A stretch of DNA of 64,000 nucleotides, from positions 1,242,001 to 1,306,000 of the forward strand of contig NW_024704742.1 of the NCBI RefSeq assembly GCF_018977255.1, written 5' to 3'. The DNA comes from Callorhinchus milii. Its lineage: Eukaryota. Under the pieces are notes generated by a model, which was given only the letters and a program-made list of their open reading frames with translations, had not been told where the DNA came from and searched no databases. Position 1 is the first letter of the stretch, and each line of letters begins with the position of its first letter. The translations under genes were made by a program, and so were the position numbers. This document shows, piece by piece, positions 38,241 through 51,585 of this stretch.

Positions 38241-38949
38241 GTGCATTAAAAGAATTCCGTGTTCCCATTTCAAAGAGTAGAGTTTTATCCCCAGTTATCC
38301 TTTCCCCATCCATTTTAAACCATTTTGATCAATCGGTTAGTCTTCTCATCGGCGTTTGTGACCCAGACTAGCTGCCGTGTTTGCCTCTGTGCAAATATTC
38401 AGCTCGTTTCAAACGATTCTCGTTTTGTGAAGAGCTTCACGGCAATCACTGGGGTGAAAGCCAAGCAAGGCCTTGTGGTATAGTGTTAGGAGAGGATTCC
38501 TGGCAAAAGCACCGAAGTTGCACAATGTTAACATATGTTCATCGAATGCCACAGAAAATAACTCATTTATTCTGGGACACTGCTGCATGCAAATTGGCTG
38601 CAGTGTTTGCCTACAAAATAGTTATTTTGGCCCACAAAATATACAGTCAATTTGTTTTGCGGTCGGTATATTCTGTGACGTGCTTTGAGACGTCTCAAAG
38701 ACGTGATAAGGGGCTATTATCAAATGCAAGAATTATTACCAACTAGAGTAAAATCCTGCAAAGCACTCTGAGACGTCTACACAGTGTGAAAAGGCACTGG
38801 GTCAAATATCAAGGATGAACATTGTTATCTTTTTATATATAAACGCTGCTAAGACTCAGCCCGGGGGTGATTTGTGGAAAAATGATTTAATTTGCATCAG
38901 GAAAATACCTCTGTTGCTCTACCTTGAGTGCTTAAAGGCGGAAACTCAC

Positions 38950-39151
38950 CAGGGAAGAGTCTTGATTCTCGTTAAGCTCAGACAGCTTAGAACTTGATTT
39001 TTGCTTCTTTGGCTTCATGCCCTCCTCGATGTAGCTGGTGCCGCTGTCCTTTAGCTTTTTGTCACTGGGCTGGGACGGCTCCAGAAGACCCTGCTTCCCC
39101 TCCTCGTTAGCACCGAACACGGAGGGGATGTTCTCCTTGTTGATATCATCC
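38950..39151 (-). CDS. FAM13A: FAM13A exon (DDINKENIPS...KPKKQKSSSKLSELNENQDSSL)
   Basis: 202 nt, tttgcag|...|gtgagt, phase 2-0. INKEN and KSSxKLSEL match FAM13A. Confidence 0.92.
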
Positions 39152-39904
39152 CTGCAAAGCAAGAAGGTAAAACGGGTTCTCAAAAACAAACAAACAAACC
39201 GAGCTCCCAAGCCAATTCTCTCCAGAAAGGGGACTGGTGCCGAGCTACAACTCACTCCACGGGCAGTCCAAGAGAGTTACAGAACGTGATACAACGCGGA
39301 AACGGGTTATTCGGTGCAACTAAACTGCGCCCGTGTGAACACCAGTCAGGAGCTCCGAACCCCTCCTTTCCTCCTCTATTCCCTGCTCTCTCATTTATTT
39401 ATCAAGTTCTTTCTTAAAATACCTTGATGCTATTTCCTTCAACTACAGCGTCTGGCAGTGAACTGCCGATCTCTCTGCTGCCTCACCTGAGTGCCTACTG
39501 CCCATGTGTCAACCCAGACAGGGAATAAACCCAGATGACTACTTTAGGATGCATTGTGACAGTAGAATAAGAGGACATAGATTTAGAGTTGGCCAATGGC
39601 AACTTCAGGACAGATCCCAGGAGGATTTCCCTTACACAGGGGGAACGGCAGGGCGGATGTTCTGGAGAAACGAGTTGTAGACCAGTATTGTGATCGTCAA
39701 CAGGCATCGCATGAACCTAACATTATTCTCACCCGATACCTACACATGCACTTTTCAGCAGGAATTACAGGTCCCATTGGGGAGAGAGATGACAACCACT
39801 GGCTAATGGGCTAATTACACCAGATACAATTGCAGCGCCCCACCCAAACACTGATCTGGTTGAGATCAGAGAACAGGAATCCAACCTGAGATCTTCTGGC
39901 CTGA

Positions 39905-40500
39905 ATGACTAATTCACAAACCCTCATCCACAACTTCGTCACCTCCCGACTCGACTATTCCCTTGACCTCCCTAGCTCCACTATTCACAAAATCCAATTC
40001 ATTCAAAACTCTGGCACCCGTAAATCCACCTGCTCTAATCTCAGTGCCCCGATCACACCAGTCCTCGCCAGGCTCCACTGGCAACCCAACCCTGGATGGA
40101 TCAATTTAAATATTCTCACATTCGTCTACTTCCCTTCATACCCTGTCATCTCCCCACCTCTAAATCCCTTGACGCCCTGGCTACTCCCTACCTCTGACAC
40201 ACATGCTGCCTACTCCTCGACCTCTGCTCGGCTGGCTCCGACCTCCTGCTTGTCCCTCGTCCCCTGCGCTCCACCATTAGCAGCCATTATGCTCCGAAGC
40301 TTTGGAACTCTCTCGCACAATCCCACCGCTTCGCACCCCCCTCCTTCTCCATCCTCAGATCACGCTAGAAGACCTTCCTCTTTGACCCTGCTTGCGGTCA
40401 ACTCCCCCCCGCCGCCCAGGCTCGGTATTAGGCTCAGGCACTGTTAAACACTCAGAGACACTTCCCTGCATGAAGAGAGCTCTATAAGTGTGAGTTGGTA
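39905..40500 (+). mobile_element. L2 LINE 3' fragment
   Basis: QTLIHNFVTSRLDYS.DLPSSTIHKIQFIQNS...PITPVLARLHW is the canonical L2 ORF2 C-terminus. Confidence 0.87.
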
Positions 40501-41617
40501 TTGGTGCCTGTGCAATTGGTTACTTGACTCAGATTCTGGGTGCAGACTGCCGGAGAAAATCGGGTGACAAGAGTCATCCAATGGGTGGAAATCTGCAGTA
40601 TTTTAATAACAGATTAGGTCATGTGCTATCGTGCATTAATTGACAGACGGTTTCAGGCCTGATCTTCCCCTCCTCTTAGGCTGAACAGTTTGTTCTGTAA
40701 TAGCTTTTGAATATTCAGCTGCAACCCTGAGCAAGTGGCCGGTCTGGACAGCGAGCGTCAACCTGAAGTCTGGTCAGTGGTACGAAGGGAAGTCACAGCC
40801 AAATAACGTACGAGCTGTGCAGGGCCCAAATCGGAACAGGCTTTCCCCAGTTCACAGCTGTATTTTCTGAACGGCATCCAAATCAAAGCATACGTTTTTC
40901 CGAAGGTTAATCAGAAAAGTGTAGGATGAAAACCCCAATGGTTGCATCCGCACCCGCGCACACCTTCCAGCGGGAGTCGAGAGAGAGACCAGCTGAAGGC
41001 GCGAGACGCACTTTTAGGATTTCAGTGACAGCGTCTGAATATTGCCAAGTTGGTTCGATGCTCAGATACACCATTCTGCACGATGGTGAGCGCGGAGACC
41101 TTCAGACATAGTGAAACGTGGTGACATTTGGCCAGGTGGGGGTGGGGGTGGCAGACAAAAACAGGGGGGTTTCATACTGGGCACCAGTATTCAGGACGTA
41201 GATTTTAAGTAGACGCGTTGTTTCAATAGCTGAATTGATAATTATCGAACCGATTCGCAAGCCATGCGTTTTTCAATCTGCGCTTTCCTGATTAACCTTC
41301 GAAAAAAAGTGCACTTCTGGACTGCGACTCGATCAGAGGACGTGCTAGACCTCAAATGCGAGCGAAAAACATCTGTATGAAAGAAAATCATTTGACGTAC
41401 AGAGGAGGATTCACGATTTAAAATCGCGGGACCGTAAAGTTAGCAATCTCTCCCTCGTGCCAACTGCGCGTCCTTTGGGGGGGGGGGGGGGGGGGGTGCG
41501 CGGCGCGCGTGTGTCGCTGCGCGCGCGCAGTTTAAAAATAAAATTAAAAATCCTACCATTAGAGGAGTTAAATCTATGTTTAAAACCGATGTTCGGTTAA
41601 TGTGAAAACAAACGTAC

Positions 41618-41794
41618 ATTTCCCTGCTTCTTCGGGCTTCATCCTGCTCTTTCAGATGTCTCCTCCTCTGCCGAGCAGTAACTGCTGCAGACAAAGATGT
41701 CCCTGCTTCAGATTCCTCTGAACTCTGAACTCCATTGCCATGAACATCAAAGAGATGCTGTTCCACTACTGATCGGATGGTCTGTTCCATAAAA
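41618..41794 (-). CDS. FAM13A: FAM13A exon (FMEQTIRSVVEQHLFDV...ARQRRRHLKEQDEARRSREM)
   Basis: 177 nt, ttttcag|...AT|gtacgt, phase 2-2. TIRSxVEQHLFD motif. Confidence 0.93.
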
Positions 41795-42519
41795 CTGAAA
41801 ACGACGGTTTGGCATTTAGGCAGAAGAGGACTCAACTCTTCCCTCTCAAGGTTAGGATTCGACTATTTTTAATCCATCCCATCGAAACGCTTTCCGCTTG
41901 GCGCGAAATCCGTCGATTCTCGTCGAAAGAAAAAAAAAACACACGCACGCGCGCGCGCACACGCACGAACGCGTGCTCCCCCCCCCCCCACCCGCACACG
42001 TGGGAACGGTGATTCCTAATGTCAAATCACTGGCTGTTAATCCGATGGCCAAATAGGACAGGAGGCGGCCGATTCGAAAATCGTAAGATATTCACATTCC
42101 CAAAGCTGAGTGCGTGCGTGTGCGCGGTGCGTATATGTATACACGCACACACACACACACACACAGACACGTATGTGTGCGCACGCGTAAATATAACACG
42201 CATGCAAATATCAAACTTAAAATGACCCACGTGACAAGCTACACCCGCAGTTCTATAATCTTCAGCGACTAACTTAAGCAAACCTTTACCTCTATATAAA
42301 GGGGGAGAATTTACTTCGAATGTATATATATATATATACACATATAGATTTTTTTTTGCTCGCCAAGTAATCCCCACCTACACAAAAATAATAATCATTC
42401 ACCATTGTTTATACCCATTTCAGACGCTACTGGTGTATAAGGCGGCGAGAATAACCCTGGTTAGGAGACTGAATATCCTTAATACTGCGCATCCCTCAAG
42501 GCCACTCCACTAACATTAC

Positions 42520-42785
42520 AACAACAAAAACAACTTGCTCTTGTATAGCGCCCGTAAACACCGGTCGAAAAGGAAGGTCTTCAGGTGGGACTCGAAAGAG
42601 GGGAGAGAGAGGGGGGGGGGGTGGGGGGGCGAGGCGGAGGGATTGAGGGAGAGAGTTTCAGAGTTTCGGGGCATGGCGCGACCTCCGATGGTGGGGCGGA
42701 GGGTGCGAGGCGGGGGGGGGGGGGGGGGGGGGGGGAGTCTGCCGAGCGGAGGCGCCGGGCGGTGGATTGGGGGAGCGAGGACGTC
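42520..42785 (-). mobile_element. L2 LINE 3' fragment
   Basis: PTIGGRA...SLPSFESHLKTFLFDR plus a (TTG)n tail. Confidence 0.78.
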
Positions 42786-42966
42786 GCATTGGCCATTTGG
42801 TCTGAGGTTTGCACTGAACGGAGTCCACAGCACACGCGCAGGTTACGTGTAACGCCACCTTGACAAGATTCTTTTTCGGGACGTTTTTAAAATTCCGCAC
42901 GCAATGCAGAACCGTCGGGCAAACCGGGCAGGTTTATGGAAAAAGAAAATAATATATAATACTCAC

Positions 42967-43008
42967 TCTCCCGCCGATGAGATGGTGTTGACTGGAGACA
43001 CGTGGGCG
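42967..43008 (-). CDS. FAM13A: FAM13A 42-nt exon (AHVSPVNTISSAG)
   Basis: ttacag|...GA|gtgagt, phase 2-2. Matches recalled human SAHVPQVSNVSATGE. Confidence 0.87.
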
Positions 43009-46000
43009 CTGTAACGATTAAAAGATTTAAACATTCATTAAATCCGGGAGGGGCAACGGGGTACAGGAAAACACGCAGAGACAACAAAACCTGCCACGGA
43101 AAAGGTCACGCAGGCCGAGTTTTTCCTCAAATCCTTTACAGGGCACGAGCAGCGGAGAACCCATGTGCTGGATTAAATCAGGCTCACTGTCAGCACCGAT
43201 TACTTCATGCTTCCCTGACACATTGAAGTCTTTTACTCGAGGCTCTGTTTCACTCGCCGACGTTTCGGCAATTTTTTTTTAAAAAAATAAAAAATAAACT
43301 CCTTGCCCCCAAAAGGCAAAAAGAAAAAAAAAAAAAAAAACTGCCCTCACCTCAACAATCTTAGGTTATGTTGGGCTGCAAAAAAAAATGTCACAACGCT
43401 TCACAGTCAACAGCATTTCGAGACTCCCTCTCGATGTGAAAGGCGCCGTGTCAAATGCAAGAATTATTATTGCTGCGGTTGATTTTCACATGACGGAATC
43501 TAGTGCGAGGCACGAGATCAGTGTCGGAAACACCTAATTACCCTTGAGTAATGTACAGGTCAAACTGGTAAGGTATCCACCCATTCCTTTCACGATTTAT
43601 CGACCCTTGGTTTTACGTCCTCTATATTTGCGCACGTTTCCACGCAACAGATTGCTGCACGGTATATACTTTTTTTTTCCCCAATGGTTTTTTTCTGTAT
43701 ATATAAAAAAAACCTTAAATCTTCATTCCACGTTAAGTACGAAGATTGCGTGGAGCATAACTGCGCACCACATACAGGTGAAACGTTAACAAAAACAGGG
43801 AACTTAACTCACTTTTGTCGCTGTGAATAATTCTCAAAGTAAAACTGCCTTCGAGAAACAATCACATTCACAAAAGCTGGAACAGACGCGTTTAGAATCA
43901 AAAATTTGCGCAGATTAAAGGATTGTTTTTCTTTTGGTCGATGGAATGTCAGTAATTCAACTGATGCGGTTTAATCCTTTACCTTCAAATACTTTCTTTC
44001 GCCAAAAAAACAAACCAGCAATTAGGGCAGTTAGTGTAGCAGATTGAACATTTCTTAAGAGCCACGTTTGCTCAATTAACATACACTCTGAAGCAGAAAG
44101 CAAACTCTTTGCTCAGTTCTGGGTCTGCGTGACCTTCGGGCTTTACAGCTCTGGGGTTTTTTTTTTGAATTGCATTGCACAGAGGACATTAACGGACAAC
44201 TGACAGACAAACTGCCTGCACATGCTCTGGAATCGGAGAGGAGCATATTACTAGGTCGGCGGGCACGTGCGAGTTCAGCGACTTCGGGCAAAAAGTTCAA
44301 CCAAAGGTCCTGAAAACGGCGTTTCAGTATCAAAGATGATACGTTGCAGTTGCTTTCTTCTTTTTTTTAAAAAAAAAGGCACCTGTGCAATCTCCATTCC
44401 ATTTGAACACACGGGATATTGTCAAGTTAATGGGCTGTATATTTGTGGGCGAAACGTGGAGGCTAATTGCACACAGCGATGGCCCACTAACAGTGGTGGA
44501 CTGAGTGACCAACCTATGATTATTTATTACAATTTTTTCCAAGGGATTATTACCCCCGGAAACTGACCTAACAGCTGGGTTCCTACTGACTGCTGGTAAA
44601 CAGAGGCGTGTGGAGTAAGGGAACTTGCTCCACACCTCTTGCTTATCAGAATTGATTTTCGTACTCGTTCCACGTGGGGCACGAATAATGCATCAGCTGA
44701 GCTCGTAGCCGTGTACACCCTTGTGCAATAAATCGATCCCGACAGTTCCTCTATGGTTGAAACCCGTTTGCCAGATGTACGCAGACTGCTCTGCTTTACG
44801 ACTAAGACTATGTGGCGTGCTGTGCGCCACTTTCCAACCGGATTTGTGTGCCAACTAGATACTCTGCTCCTATGGAAGGGAGGAGACATTCTTTTATAAG
44901 TATTAGAATCTTTCAAAACAGATGGATGGACGCCAACTTGCCCACTGTGCCTGCGCTCAAGTCTCTCTACAGAAGAGTTATCCATTCTGCTCCATTCAAA
45001 CATTCATCGAATTCCCTTTTACAAGCAGTCAGCGGGTTATCCCACTTTATTCCACGGCGTCTTGGGTGCAGGGAGGAATCACCTGCACCCATAAACTTGA
45101 CCAGGCAGGGAAGGACCTCGGTTTAACCTCTCATCCAAAGAAAAGCACCTCCCGCCAATGCACTAGTCTCAGCATCGACGGCCAGCGCCAAGTTCAGCCG
45201 TGGAACATGAACTCGCAACCCTCCAACCGAACGAGAGCGCTCACACCGGAAAATAATTACCTACGTTTACGTGAAATGTTATTTTCACTTCGAAATTCAA
45301 GTACTGCGTCTGGACAACTTTTCCTTTCTTTGTGCAAAGGCAGAGACCACAGGGGAGACCACTTTACTTGAGCACTACATTTGTGACTGACTCTTTTCAA
45401 AGTTACTTCAAACGTTTGAACGGCACACTTAAATGGTTCTAACGATACTCTCATTTGAAGTTTTTTTCATTTCACTAAAAGAGCAAAATCAAACGCTAAA
45501 ATCTTTCAAAAACATTTTCTGTTACTTGTGGTTTTGCAATCAAGATCTCAACGTACTTTTGGAATGGTTCAAACTGTTTTGTTTTTTTTTGCCCTTAAGT
45601 GGATGCAGGAAGGAAGACGGGGAATAAAGAAATAAAAAGGAGAAAACTGGCAAGAAGGTAAAAAAACAATTACCTCCGTCTCGGGAGAAGCTGTAACAAT
45701 CTGCCGTCTGTTAGTTAGCAATAAACCAATAAGCAGATTAACGAAGATGTAGAACAACAGGGTTGAACCCACTGGAATCCGATGCACTCGAGAATTCAAT
45801 AAATTTTAGAAAAAAAATTAAGACGCTCAAAATGTTTTACGTTTACTCGGCCTTTGTGTGTATGCAAACGTCCAGCCCACTGATTGTGCTTGAAGGAAGG
45901 AAACCGGTCAGTTTCGCCCCCCCCCCCTTTTGCTTTGTGCTCGACCCAGTCTTCGTGAAGTGCTCGAAGACTAAACAAATAAAGGCTCTTACTAAGTAAA

Positions 46001-46028
46001 CGTACGTCGTAGTTCGATTAGTTTTCGT

Positions 46029-46125
46029 CAGTTCTGACGAAAGGGCATCGAGCTGAAAGGTAACCTCACCGCCCTCTCTCCGTGGATGCTGCCTGACCTG
46101 CTGTGTGTTCCCAGCGACTTCTGTT
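46029..46125 (+). mobile_element. Penelope-like element terminal fragment
   Basis: cagttctgacgaaagggcatcgagctgaaa...ctctctccgtggatgctgcctgacctgctg. A second copy lies on the minus strand at ~54505-54626. Family call from recall of chondrichthyan repeats. Confidence 0.6.
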
Positions 46126-46814
46126 ATGGTTTATAGCAGTCGTTGTTTTGGAATCGGGCACAAACCTAAACGGTATCGCCACCATCGAACATCGAAACCC
46201 CACAAAAGTGGAGTTTGCGTACCACAAGGCTCTAAATGCCATGGATGAATAGAACACCAGTCCACACTGTTATTCAGTCAACTCCTCTTTCTTTTTTTTG
46301 GGGGGGGGGGGGGGAAAAAAAACCCACAATAACTCTAGATTTCAATCCTCGTTCCCTTCTCGGTTCCACTCGGCGAAGCGGTTAACCTTGTTTTCGGAAT
46401 CCAGTCCTGTAACTTTCCACATCAGCAGACTGCTTATACGTGATGCTAATGTGACCTTTTGGAAACCATAATGGCCTGTAAAGTACTGTAAATAACGAAG
46501 GTGCCATGACCTACCAGCACTGGGAAACGTGAAAGGCCTGATTGGAAAAGTACTGGATTGGCAGTACCTCAGGCTGGTAAACCAGGGTTAAGCCACTCGT
46601 CGATGTGCTGCCAGCCAAACATTACTCATCGGGTTTACACAAAACCTTCAGATTTTGCCAACAAACAGGTCACAAACCAAACGGGGAAAATGTGCACAAG
46701 TGAAGGACAACTCGGCTGGCATTCACTTACACACACTTATTTGTGCTCGCAAAACCTGAACCAAATTCACTTGGGNTTTTTTGTAAGTCCAGTTCTTCAG
46801 TGACTCCAGAATGC

Positions 46815-47190
46815 TAAGGGTAGATGATGGGACAGATGGCACAGGATGCAACGAACAAATAAATTCATTCTCTGAGGTGCACCGCGACTCCTGTGATGCA
46901 GAGCTTGGGAGGCAAGAGAGGGGTGAAGGAATCGGTGGTGGGCAGGAGGGGAGGCCGGAGTTGAACTGGTGGAGGAGGAAGATTCTGTCTGGACATTTGG
47001 GATACAGAGGTTTCCCAAAGTGGCGGAGAGGGTTGGGTGAAATCCCTGAAAAGGCAGTTTTTTTCTGGACAGTGGTGGTGGGGAAGGGCAAGGTGGCAAC
47101 CATAGATGCAGTCGCAGAGGTAGATGTTAAGACGGTCGACGACAAACAGAGCCAGGGGTAGGAGTGTAGAACTTAACTGTATGTACAAAG
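46815..47190 (-). mobile_element. Possible Penelope-like ORF remnant
   Basis: Frameshifted CTSEN..LFVRCILC resembles the CTSxNxxYxIxCxxC start of the Penelope GIY-YIG domain. Confidence 0.3.
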
Positions 47191-47350
47191 AGCTGAATCT
47201 TATTAACAGGAATGATATTTCAGCTCTTTCCCACCATGGGCTCAGACCACAAGTTCATTGCAATTCTGTGCTGCAGTTTAATTTTTTAGAAAAAAAACTT
47301 ACATTGCTTGCAAAGCATTGTGGTGGAGAAAATTCCACTGAAGGCTCACC

Positions 47351-47684
47351 ATAATAATAATAATAATAATAATAATCCTTGCATTTGATATAGCGCTTTT
47401 CACGTCGGGAGGACGTCCCAAAGCGCTTCACAGAATATACTGTAAAGTGAATTGACTGTATATTTGTGGGCGAACGCGGCAGCCAATTGCGCACAGCAAT
47501 GTCCCACAAACAGTCGTAGATTGAAAATGACCAATTTATTATTGTTTTGGGTTTTTTGGAGGGATTATTATTAGGCTCTGTGTGGAGTAAGGAAACTTGC
47601 CCAAGGTTTCGCCCTGCCTGGAATTGAACCCAGGTGTCTTGCTTGCAAAGCAAGTGCTCTAACCACTGAGCTACAGGACTCCAC
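47351..47684 (-). mobile_element. Young full-length short-form SINE
   Basis: Near-identical to 6131-6448; long (TTA)n tail; flanking direct repeat CACCATAA at 47347-47354 and 47682-47689. Confidence 0.92.
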
Positions 47685-48027
47685 CATAAAACTATCGCTC
47701 ACCAATTTAATCATCGGTAACTTTCAACAGAGCTATCCTCACGTTTGACCTGGAGCTCGCGGCTGCTCGATTAGTCTCTACTAGTTTGTGCGACCCCCCC
47801 CCTGATCTATTCCACTACACGAAATGTTCAATTGCACATCTGCTATCCCGAACTTGCTCCGTCAACCAATATCCAAGCCTGAAAGTCATCACTCAATTTC
47901 TAACTTGCATTGGCGAGCTGACAGCCACATGAGCAACAACCGAAACTTAGGGCTACTGTCAACATCCTAGCGGCTGTCAATATTTAACATCTCATTGGCA
48001 ATCCTCCATCGCAAGTAAGGTTTCCAA

Positions 48028-48172
48028 AGGATAGAGGGATTAAGGGATAGGGGGATAAGGCGGGCAGATGGAGTTGGGTTAGAAGATCAGCCATGATCTT
48101 ATTGAACGGCGGGGCAGGCTGGCGGGGCTGAATGGCCTACTCCTGCTCCTAATTCCTATGCTTCTGTGTTCC
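48028..48172 (+). mobile_element. CR1 LINE 3' end
   Basis: gatcagccatgatcttattgaacggcggggcaggct..ggggctgaatggcctactcctgctcctaattcctatg. Confidence 0.8.
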
Positions 48173-50484
48173 GTCCAGTTCCCCAGACATCCGGCGTTTA
48201 AAACAAGCGAGGAAATCATTTGACTTTACTTCGCTCGTTTTAAACAAAATATACACAGGAATATTCCTAAGAGGGAATATTTGTTATGAGTTTAAAGAAG
48301 ACAAAGTATTGCTGATTATTGACCTAAAGGCAGCGTGTATGAGGACGGATGGATAGCTTACATTTGTATAGTGTCCTTTGCCTGGCTAGAGTCTTGGACT
48401 ACTATCTCGACTCAATTAATCAAAATGACCTGCTAGCCCTCAAAACATCCTGGACTGGCTTTATAAAGGAGTAAACCGCAAAGGAAAAATGCAGGTAAAC
48501 AGGACTGAAAGCAAGGATTGCTCTTTGTAAGGACCAGCACAGAAACGATGGGCTGACTGGCCTTCTTCCGTTCAGTAAATTTCAATTCTATAGTACCGCC
48601 CTTGACCATCTCAACAGCAGCGAATACAGAATTATAAACCCAGCCTGTACGACAAGGCAAACCGACCTTTGGTCAATGAAAGCGCAAGAAGGTGGTCAAT
48701 TGAAAAAAGGGTACCTTAAATAAAAAGGGGACATAGGCCGATCATCCTCTTGAGCGCTGAAAAAAAAACACAAGAGATGCACAGGTCATACAGGACTTCT
48801 CTGGGCACAGTCAAATCTCAAAAATCACCATTCGTCACTTATTGTGGTCAGTAAGCGTGTGCGGCAACCAGTCACTCAGGGGGAAAAAAAAAAAGGACTT
48901 AAAATAACCAGCGAAAGCGGGCAATAAATTCTTCAATTTGCAGATTGCATTAAAGAATTACACATTCTGATGCGCATTCCAAGGCACTTAACACATCTCG
49001 AGGTCGAGTCGACAACGGAGCTCTTTGGTCTCGCTGGTTCGACACCACTGCAACACTCGCGTCTAAACAGAAGTGAAGCTTCGTGCGGGCTGAACAGATA
49101 TCGTAAACGCTGCGAAATGTTGCCAGAGACGAGCATCCGAGAGAGAGAGAGAGAGAGAGGGAGAGAGGGAGAGAGAGAGAGAGAGAAAGGGGGAAAAAAA
49201 AACTATCTTTACCGTTGCCAAACCACAACGATTATTTGTTTGTCTGGAAAAATTGGAGTTTTTTTTTAAAAAAAAAGCATCAACCTCACGTTTCACAATG
49301 ACTCGAGTTCTGAACTCAGGACAGAGAGTTCAACTGTTACACAAGATCCCAACCAACGGTAGACAGACACCCTTATCAGGTATTGCTGTCCCTCAGATGA
49401 GGTATTTAAACAAAATTCCTCAAAGTCATCGAAAAGCGCTGCAGTTAAGAGTCATGGGATGTCTAGAAGGCATGAAAAGTGCTATATCAAATACAAGGAT
49501 TATTATTATTAATATTATTATTATTATGATGATGTTCCCCTGGCTTCACATTAAAAAAAGGAAAATAAATTGAACTGAAGACAACCTCAGAGAGGATGTC
49601 TCAAACGTGCTTCACAGGATGCAGCGACGATGCGTTTTTGTTGGCAAACCACAATCAGTAGCGTCTGACAAACAGCCAATAAAGCCATCGCTTTATTTAC
49701 CCAAACCCTCCTTCGATGGGCTAATTCCCCTCGCACGGTATTACACGATTCCACTGTAAAAACATGTTTGCTTTGCGTTCAGCACAAACCCGAACGTTGC
49801 TGATTTAAATAAGTTTCGGCGTGTAGTGCTGCAACACTAATTTTCTATCAGTTTTGTTGATCGGCGAAATAGCTGAACTCGATCAACTTTTCTTTTTTTA
49901 AAAAAAACACACGCACAAATACAAATTTACAAAAAAAAAAACAGAATCCCACTAAAATCCAATCTAGTGTGACAAATTCCACGGAAACATTCATGCCACG
50001 AACAATCACCACCACATTATATTCCTCCTGGTATGAAGCGTGTGGGAAGCCTTTTTCTTTTTGCAAAAGAAAAAAAATCAGAAAACGGGGCATAAAAGTT
50101 AAGGATAAATTCACCGCTACTGTTCTGGTGTTTACGATACTTGCTGCGGAGGTTCGCTTTGCAGCTGGTTGTGGGTAAAACCATAGATTGGCAAGAGTCC
50201 TGGTGCTCTATCCTGTATACCCAGATACTAAAGACTTGTTGAATCCAAAGGGCATTTATTTGTCTGCTGGCACAGAACAGAAGCGTTCAGGTTAACATGT
50301 GATTCACATCCATCCTCCAAACTCCACTTTTACGGAAGACAAGTCAAACGTAGGAATTTGTAATAAAAGTATATTGGGGCAAAGTGCATTGGACGATGGC
50401 AAAACGTATCTGGAATTTATACAACAGACTTGGAATATTACAGCAGCGTTACCTTTCCTTACTGCAGGCCAGCGAGCCTAAAAA

Positions 50485-50517
<33 letters not shown>

Positions 50518-51410
50518 GCGCACACACACACACACACACACGCAGGGCTGCGATATCCGCCTGCGCAAACAATTCCACTGCTGCTCTCGGCTCCGATATC
50601 AAACAACAACAAATTGCATTGGCGTAGCGCCGTTCGGGCCAGAAGGAAGTCCCAAGGTGCTGGACAGTCGCGGGTTCGATATCTGAGCAGACAGCCCTCT
50701 AAACTGCTCCACGTGGTCACAGTGGGAAAACAATTACGCCAAGTCATTTGCCTACCGAATGCACTGAAGCTATTCCGAACGGCACCGATCAGTTTTAGAG
50801 GTCTTAAGAGGGAAGAATAAAAGCAGACCGCTCAAAGATCGCCGAGCTGCCTTTACCTTAACAGCTGGAGGACTCGGACTGGCTGCGGTAGATTGGATCA
50901 AATACATGCAAGCCGATATTATCGTAATTATTATTATTATTATTATTATTGGCCTCACCAGTGGGAGAGCACATTAAGGCAGCGCTTTCCAACGTGTCAA
51001 GTGCTGCTCCCACTCTCCCACGTGCACGCTCTTCGACCTGCTCCCACTAAAATAACTTTTCTGACGCAACGACGAGCAAATCAAACCCTCTGTGGAAAGC
51101 GGGGTCCAAACACGACACGGGGTATTTTTATTTTTACCCCCCCTCGGCACACCAGCGCACACAACTGCCGTGCGGTCGGCATGAACTTCTGCGCAACTTT
51201 AATCGTATTTCCCGAAGAGTGGGTCAATGTCGCATTCACTACCTGAATAATTCAATGACTGGAAAGAAAAAAAAAAGAAAAACAACTCTCCAGAACGGAT
51301 GCATTTTTTTAACCCATTCGCGCTTGCTGCTGAGTTTTGGAAGCCTTCCAAAACATAAAATTGAGGTCTAAAACGCCCCCCCACACCCACCCCCCCCCCC
51401 GCCAACTTAC

Positions 51411-51492
51411 TCAAAAAGTCTTATGCTCCAAAGTCTGCCTTTAGCTCCTCCAGTCCAAGAATTTGTCTTCTCTGCTTCCCAGTTTTCCATCA
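51411..51492 (-). CDS. Candidate upstream FAM13A exon (MENWEAEKTNSWTGGAKGRLWSIRLF)
   Basis: 82 nt, tttttaaag acceptor, gtaagt donor; the one open frame ends in phase 2 as required downstream. Faint E..NS..G....[KR]L similarity to human EDMNSAEGAISAKL. Confidence 0.35.
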
Positions 51493-51585
51493 CTTTAAAA
51501 AGGCGCGGGCTACTTGTAGCAATTCATAACAGGAATCGTTAACATCGACGCTTATATTTTGGTCAGCGGGGTGCCGGTCTATAAT

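Noticed and set aside
41240..41266. ATG GCT TGC GAA (MACE..), like the start of the short human FAM13A isoform
   Set aside because: It stops after 7 codons and lies downstream of the exons it should precede.
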